From contig JAZUDO010000012.1 of NCBI GenBank assembly GCA_045639685.1, positions 25,156 through 89,155 on the forward strand: a DNA stretch of 64,000 nucleotides. Reading direction: 5' to 3'. The notes beneath the pieces were generated by a model that saw nothing but the letters and a program-made list of their open reading frames with translations, ran no database searches and was not told the origin of the DNA. Source of the stretch: Lachnospiraceae bacterium (GTDB taxonomy: Bacteria > Bacillota > Clostridia > Lachnospirales > Lachnospiraceae). Positions 59,244 through 64,000 of this stretch are shown piece by piece. How positions within the stretch are numbered: position 1 is the stretch's first letter; the number at the start of each line of letters is the position of its first letter. Made by a program: the position numbers and the translations under genes.

Positions 59244-61248
59244 TTATAACGATTGTATGGAAAATAGTCTGTCTCTTGCGGACTATTTTTCTTGTATGTA
59301 CGTGGAAGGCTTCGATAAAAATAAGGTAATTGCAGCAGCCATGTATGAATTGAGACTTGCGGCAAAGAAGCTTTTTTCAAAGGATATTATTGTTGCCCTG
59401 TCAAGACCGGAGGAGGGAATCATTCTGTCAAGAAGCAGTGATTTTTCTCTGGGAGGAGAAGGCTACAGAATAAGTGTTAATGGTAAAGGCGTTACCATAG
59501 AAGGCTTGTCCGATAAGGCAATTGTGTACGGAACCTTCAGATTTCTGGCTCTTGTAAGAACCGGTAAGCTTACGGACGGTGCACAGATTGTTGAGGTTCC
59601 GAGCAATCCCATAAGAATGCTGGATCACTGGGATAATATGGATGGTTCAATTGAAAGAGGCTATTCGGGAAATTCATTTTTCTTTGAGGACAATGATATT
59701 GTAATAAATGAGCGTACAAAGGATTATGCCAGACTTCTGGCTTCCCTTGGAATCAATGCGGTTGCAATTAACAATGTTAATGTTAAGGATGTGGCAACAG
59801 AACTTGTTAATGCCAGATTTGTGGGGAAGGTAGCTAAGCTTGCGGATATATTTGAATGCTACGGCGTCAAACTCTATCTGAGTCTTAATTATGCCATGCC
59901 CATAGAATATGAACCTGAAAGCGCAGACCCTCTTGATGACTATGTTCGCGCCTGGTGGAAAGCAAAGATGGCGGAGATATTCTGCTCTATACCTAATCTT
60001 GGCGGTTTCCTTGTTAAGGCTGATTCGGAAGGCAGACCGGGACCATTTACCTACGGCAGAACACAGGCTGACGGTGCCAATATGCTTGCCGAGGCAGTAA
60101 AACCCTTCGGAGGAATAATTATCTGGAGATGCTTTGTATATAACTGCCAGCAGGACTGGAGAGATCTGAAGACAGACAGAGCAAGAGCGGGATATGATTA
60201 TTTCAGTTCCCTTGACGGACAGTTTGCGGATAATGTTATTCTGCAGATTAAAAACGGACCTATGGATTTCCAGCCAAGAGAACCCATTTCACCGCTTTTC
60301 GGCGGACTTCGTCAGACCAATCAGATGCTTGAGGTTCAGATTGCTCAGGAATATACAGGACATCAGATTGATGTATGTTATCTGATTCCATGGTTTAAGC
60401 AGATTCTTCAGTTTGAAACATATATGAACGGACCTGATACAAAGGACACAACTGTTGCCGACATAATAAGCGGAAGAGCGAGAAAAGGTTCCATTGGAGG
60501 AATGGTGGCGGTAACCAATACCGGAAATGACGAAAACTGGACAGGAAATGATCTTGCGGCAGCCAACCTTTATGGCTTCGGAAGACTTGCATGGAATACG
60601 GAGCTTGATGCGGAAGAAATAGCAAGAGAGTGGATTGAACTCACCTTTACCGATGCACCTGCAGAGGGAGAAAAGTATGGAATTGACGGCACAACCGAAG
60701 ATGCCATAGCAGACATTCTTATGAGTTCATGGCCCGCATATGAGAACTATTCGGCACCACTTGGAATAGGCTGGATGGTTAAACCCCAGGGACATTACGG
60801 TCCCAGTGTTGAAGGCTATGAGTATGACAGATGGGGAACCTATATCCGCGCCGACTGGCAGGGACTTGGCGTTGAAAGAGGACCTGAAGGAACAGGCTTT
60901 GCACTTCAGTACAACAGTCCAAATAAGGAAATGTACAGCAACCCGGAGACAACACCGGATGAGCTGATGCTTTTCTTCCATAAGACACCTTATAAGTATG
61001 TACTTAAGAGCGGAAAAACGGTTATTCAGCATATATACGATTCTCATTTTGACGGTTACGAAGAGGCAAAGCGCATGCAGGCACTGTGGCTTTCTCTTGA
61101 AGGAAAGATAGAGGAGCGAGCATTCAAAAACGTGGCTGAGCGTTTTGAAATGCAGGAAAGAAATGCCCGTGAATGGTGTGATATAGTAAACAGTTATTTT
61201 TACCGTCGCTGCGGAATTGAAGATGAGAAAGGCAGGACAATATATTAA
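59221..61248 (+). CDS. aguA: Alpha-glucuronidase, GH67
   Basis: HWDNMDGSIERGYSG, INNVN, VKADSEGRPGP, IKNGPMDFQPREP, QEYTG. Confidence 0.95.
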   Translation: MWTQCWLNYNDCMENSLSLADYFSCMYVEGFDKNKVIAAAMYELRLAAKKLFSKDIIVALSRPEEGIILSRSSDFSLGGEGYRISVNGKGVTIEGLSDKAIVYGTFRFLALVRTGKLTDGAQIVEVPSNPIRMLDHWDNMDGSIERGYSGNSFFFEDNDIVINERTKDYARLLASLGINAVAINNVNVKDVATELVNARFVGKVAKLADIFECYGVKLYLSLNYAMPIEYEPESADPLDDYVRAWWKAKMAEIFCSIPNLGGFLVKADSEGRPGPFTYGRTQADGANMLAEAVKPFGGIIIWRCFVYNCQQDWRDLKTDRARAGYDYFSSLDGQFADNVILQIKNGPMDFQPREPISPLFGGLRQTNQMLEVQIAQEYTGHQIDVCYLIPWFKQILQFETYMNGPDTKDTTVADIISGRARKGSIGGMVAVTNTGNDENWTGNDLAAANLYGFGRLAWNTELDAEEIAREWIELTFTDAPAEGEKYGIDGTTEDAIADILMSSWPAYENYSAPLGIGWMVKPQGHYGPSVEGYEYDRWGTYIRADWQGLGVERGPEGTGFALQYNSPNKEMYSNPETTPDELMLFFHKTPYKYVLKSGKTVIQHIYDSHFDGYEEAKRMQALWLSLEGKIEERAFKNVAERFEMQERNAREWCDIVNSYFYRRCGIEDEKGRTIY

Positions 61249-61251
61249 CCT

Positions 61252-63000
61252 ATGAAATTATCGGCGCTTATTGGAAACGGAATGGTTTTTCAACGAAATA
61301 AGGATAATTTTGTCTGGGGAAATGAGTGCAAGTCGGGAGCAAAAATAGTTGTATCCCTTGCACCCTGTTGCCCGGATGCCTGCAGTACATCATTTTGCAC
61401 TGTCAAGTGTGAGGCTGATGCGGCAGGTGAATTCAAGGCAGTTCTAAAGGATATTCCCGAGGGCGGACCGTATATGCTTACGGTTTGCGAAATGGGAGCA
61501 AATACATTTACTTTCGGAGAAGTATACTGTGGTGATGTTTTACTTCTGGCGGGACAATCCAATATGGAAATTTCTTTTGCCCGTTGCCTTGATATGTATG
61601 AGGATGAAATAAAGCAGATGAATCTTCCCTATGTTCACTATTTTGAAGTGGCAAAGGAGTTCGGATTCGGGGAACCCACAAAGGACATTTATAAGGGACA
61701 ATGGCTTCCGGCAACTCAGGAGAATCTCTATCCCATGAGTGCGCTGGGAGTGTTTTTTGCGCGACTCTTGCATATGGATGAAAAAGTTCACATAGGGGTG
61801 ATTCAGACAGGTGTCGGAGGAACTCATATTGAGTCATACTTAAGTGAAGAGCGCGTGATTAACGTTGGTAAGATTTTAAGAGAAGAGGCTGTCAGAAGAG
61901 GAGAAGACATTTCCTCATGTGACTGTGATAAGAATAACAGCTGCAAGGTTTGTTATGACAGGCGGCTTGTACAGAACAAGGATGCCGATTGGATTGCCAA
62001 AACCGCTGCGGAGGAAATGAAAGCTCAGCAGGATTGGTGTGAGAGCCTGGACAGAATTGATATAGGAAAAGAACAGCATTGGGAAAACAGAACGTGCCTG
62101 TATGACAATGAGGAAGAGATAAAATATACAGTTGCTCCCGGGCTTTGGGAGGGTCTTGACGAGGACCATAAGGAACTTGAAAATCTTCGGGGCAGCGCAT
62201 GGGTTTTGAAGCAGTTTGAGGTTCCCGAGGAGTGGCTTGACAGGGAAGTAAGACTCTATATGGGTACGCTGGTTGATTCGGATGAAACCTATGTGAACGG
62301 AACTTTGGTGGGAACCACAGGATATCGATATCCCCCAAGAAGGTACAAAATTCCCGCAGGAGTTCTTCATAAGGGAAAAAACACAATTGTGATTCGTATT
62401 GTTGCAAATGCAAGAAGCGGAGGCTTTATGCCTGAAGCACCCTATTGCCTTTCTGTTGAAGGAAATATAATGAAAAGGGATATAGCTTCAGAGGTAAAAG
62501 CCGGGACTGTCATTTCCCTTGAAGGTAAGTGGGAATACAGAATAGGCGCGGATAAGCATACGTCTCTTGATAAGAGCATTGAAGAAATGCAGGATGTGAC
62601 ATTTTTTACATGGCAACCCACTGCAATGTATAATAAGATGATATATCCCATAAGGAATATGCATTTCAAAGGTATTCTTTTCTATCAGGGTGAGAGTAAT
62701 GTGACCCATGCTTGGGAGTATGAATATCTTATGGTTGAAATGGCAAAATGCTTAAGGGAGGTTCTTGATGATGAACTACCGATAGGCTTTGTTGAACTGC
62801 CGATGTTTGGCGGTGAAGACGACCTTAGGGGAACAAGCACCTGGGATGATTTAAGAGAAGCTCAGGAAAGGGCTGCGGCGAAGATACCGAACTGCGTTCT
62901 GGCAGACATATATGATCTGGGCTTTAAGTATGAGCTTCATCCTCAGACCAAGAAAGAGGCCGCTGAGAGGCTGTACGGTCTGATGAGGAAATTACTTTAA
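61252..63000 (+). CDS. Sialate O-acetylesterase-like SGNH esterase with inserted beta-sandwich
   Basis: MVFQR, GGPY, AGQSNM, GGTHIESY, YQGESN, LHP..K. Confidence 0.85.
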   Translation: MKLSALIGNGMVFQRNKDNFVWGNECKSGAKIVVSLAPCCPDACSTSFCTVKCEADAAGEFKAVLKDIPEGGPYMLTVCEMGANTFTFGEVYCGDVLLLAGQSNMEISFARCLDMYEDEIKQMNLPYVHYFEVAKEFGFGEPTKDIYKGQWLPATQENLYPMSALGVFFARLLHMDEKVHIGVIQTGVGGTHIESYLSEERVINVGKILREEAVRRGEDISSCDCDKNNSCKVCYDRRLVQNKDADWIAKTAAEEMKAQQDWCESLDRIDIGKEQHWENRTCLYDNEEEIKYTVAPGLWEGLDEDHKELENLRGSAWVLKQFEVPEEWLDREVRLYMGTLVDSDETYVNGTLVGTTGYRYPPRRYKIPAGVLHKGKNTIVIRIVANARSGGFMPEAPYCLSVEGNIMKRDIASEVKAGTVISLEGKWEYRIGADKHTSLDKSIEEMQDVTFFTWQPTAMYNKMIYPIRNMHFKGILFYQGESNVTHAWEYEYLMVEMAKCLREVLDDELPIGFVELPMFGGEDDLRGTSTWDDLREAQERAAAKIPNCVLADIYDLGFKYELHPQTKKEAAERLYGLMRKLL

Positions 63001-63074
63001 TAGTTTGAAATGCAATGGTTAAAAAATGGTTTTGAATAACCTGAATAGTTTTGAAAAGAGAAAAGGGAAATGTT

Positions 63075-63713
63075 ATGGATAAGATTTTGGAAGAATTATC
63101 CGGGTACGGTATCGTACCTGTAGTTGTACTTAACAGGACAGAGGATGCGGCGCCTCTTGCAAATGCATTATGTGCCGGCGGTCTTAAGTGCGCGGAAGTT
63201 ACCTTTAGAACGGAAGCTGCCGAGGAATCAATTAAGATAATGACAACGGAATTCCCGGACATGCTGGTTGGAGCGGGAACCGTACTTACAACAGAGCAGG
63301 TTGACAGGGCCGTCAAGGCCGGAGCAAAATTTATAGTAAGCCCCGGTTTCGATCCGGAGGTTGTGGATTACTGTATAGCAAAGAACATTCCGGTTGTTCC
63401 GGGATGTATCACACCATCTGAGGTATCTCAGGGTGTTAAAAGAGGCCTTGAGGTACTCAAATTCTTCCCCGCCGGACAGGCGGGAGGAGTGGCCATGATA
63501 AAGGCTATGGCAGCACCGTTTACGGGAGTTAAGTTTATGCCCACAGGCGGTATAAATGCTTCAAATCTGCCTGAGTATCTTGCCTTCAACAAGGTGGTTG
63601 CCTGTGGTGGAAGCTGGATGGTAAAGGCCGACCTCATTAACGAGGGGGATTTTGACCAAATAACGAAGCTTACAGCGGAAGCTGTAGCACTTGTTAAGGA
63701 AATCAGAGGTTAA
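63075..63713 (+). CDS. eda: KDPG/KHG aldolase
   Basis: EVTFRT, VGAGTV, FIVSPG, LKFFPA, PTGGI. Confidence 0.95.
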   Translation: MDKILEELSGYGIVPVVVLNRTEDAAPLANALCAGGLKCAEVTFRTEAAEESIKIMTTEFPDMLVGAGTVLTTEQVDRAVKAGAKFIVSPGFDPEVVDYCIAKNIPVVPGCITPSEVSQGVKRGLEVLKFFPAGQAGGVAMIKAMAAPFTGVKFMPTGGINASNLPEYLAFNKVVACGGSWMVKADLINEGDFDQITKLTAEAVALVKEIRG

Positions 63714-63733
63714 AGGATAAAGAGGAAAATCAC

Positions 63734-64000
63734 ATGAAGAAAGTAGTTACATTGGGAGAGATAATGTTACGTCTTTCCACACCAAATAATGAGAGAATAA
63801 TTCAGGCGGATGAGTTTGATGTATGTTACGGCGGAGGCGAAGCAAATGTCGCTGTTTCACTGTCAAACTTTGGATATGATACGGAGTTTGTAACGGCAGT
63901 TCCGGCTCATCAGGTAGGAGAAAGTGCTGTGGCTGCACTGAGAAAATACGGTGTTGGTACAAAATTCATCGAAAGATGCGGAGACAGACTTGGAATTTAT
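63734..64000 (+). CDS. kdgK: 2-keto-3-deoxygluconate kinase (PfkB), truncated by window end
   Basis: MKKVVTLGEIMLRLS...YGGGEANVAVSLSNFG...RLGIY. Confidence 0.88.
   Translation, partial: MKKVVTLGEIMLRLSTPNNERIIQADEFDVCYGGGEANVAVSLSNFGYDTEFVTAVPAHQVGESAVAALRKYGVGTKFIERCGDRLGIY

Overview
Chromosomal core-genome window from a low-GC Firmicute. Gene content and order (glgD-spoVG-mfd, type-2 ileS, pyrKD, ispE-GntR, aldouronate/glucuronate locus) suggest a Lachnospiraceae (Butyrivibrio-like) fibre degrader; this taxon call is an inference. About 45 CDSs are present: housekeeping genes (mfd, pth, T-box ileS, glgP, ddl, murF, plsC, pyrC/pyrK/pyrD, ispE, asnS, hflX, mntP, lepB, rlmI-like), a GT2/YfhO/YdjC surface-glycosylation trio, a membrane-anchored TIR-domain protein with a large external repeat domain, and a GntR-controlled glucuronoxylan-oligomer locus (ABC transporter, uxuA, uxuB, GH67, SGNH acetylesterase, eda, kdgK). 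I found no rRNA, tRNA, CRISPR, prophage or intact transposase. Best leads: (1) two intergenic arrays with unrelated sequences but the same design, alternating inverted half-sites with periods of 63 and 53 bp (about 6 and 5 helical turns); (2) a Toll-like TIR-TM-propeller receptor candidate; (3) a NaxD-like cationic sugar decoration module; (4) scattered sigma28-type promoters driving signal-peptide-less hypothetical proteins; (5) NrdR-like boxes on pyrimidine genes; (6) group IIC intron 5' stubs after a terminator; (7) a non-canonical T-box bulge; (8) duplications spanning stop codons; (9) leaderless genes.
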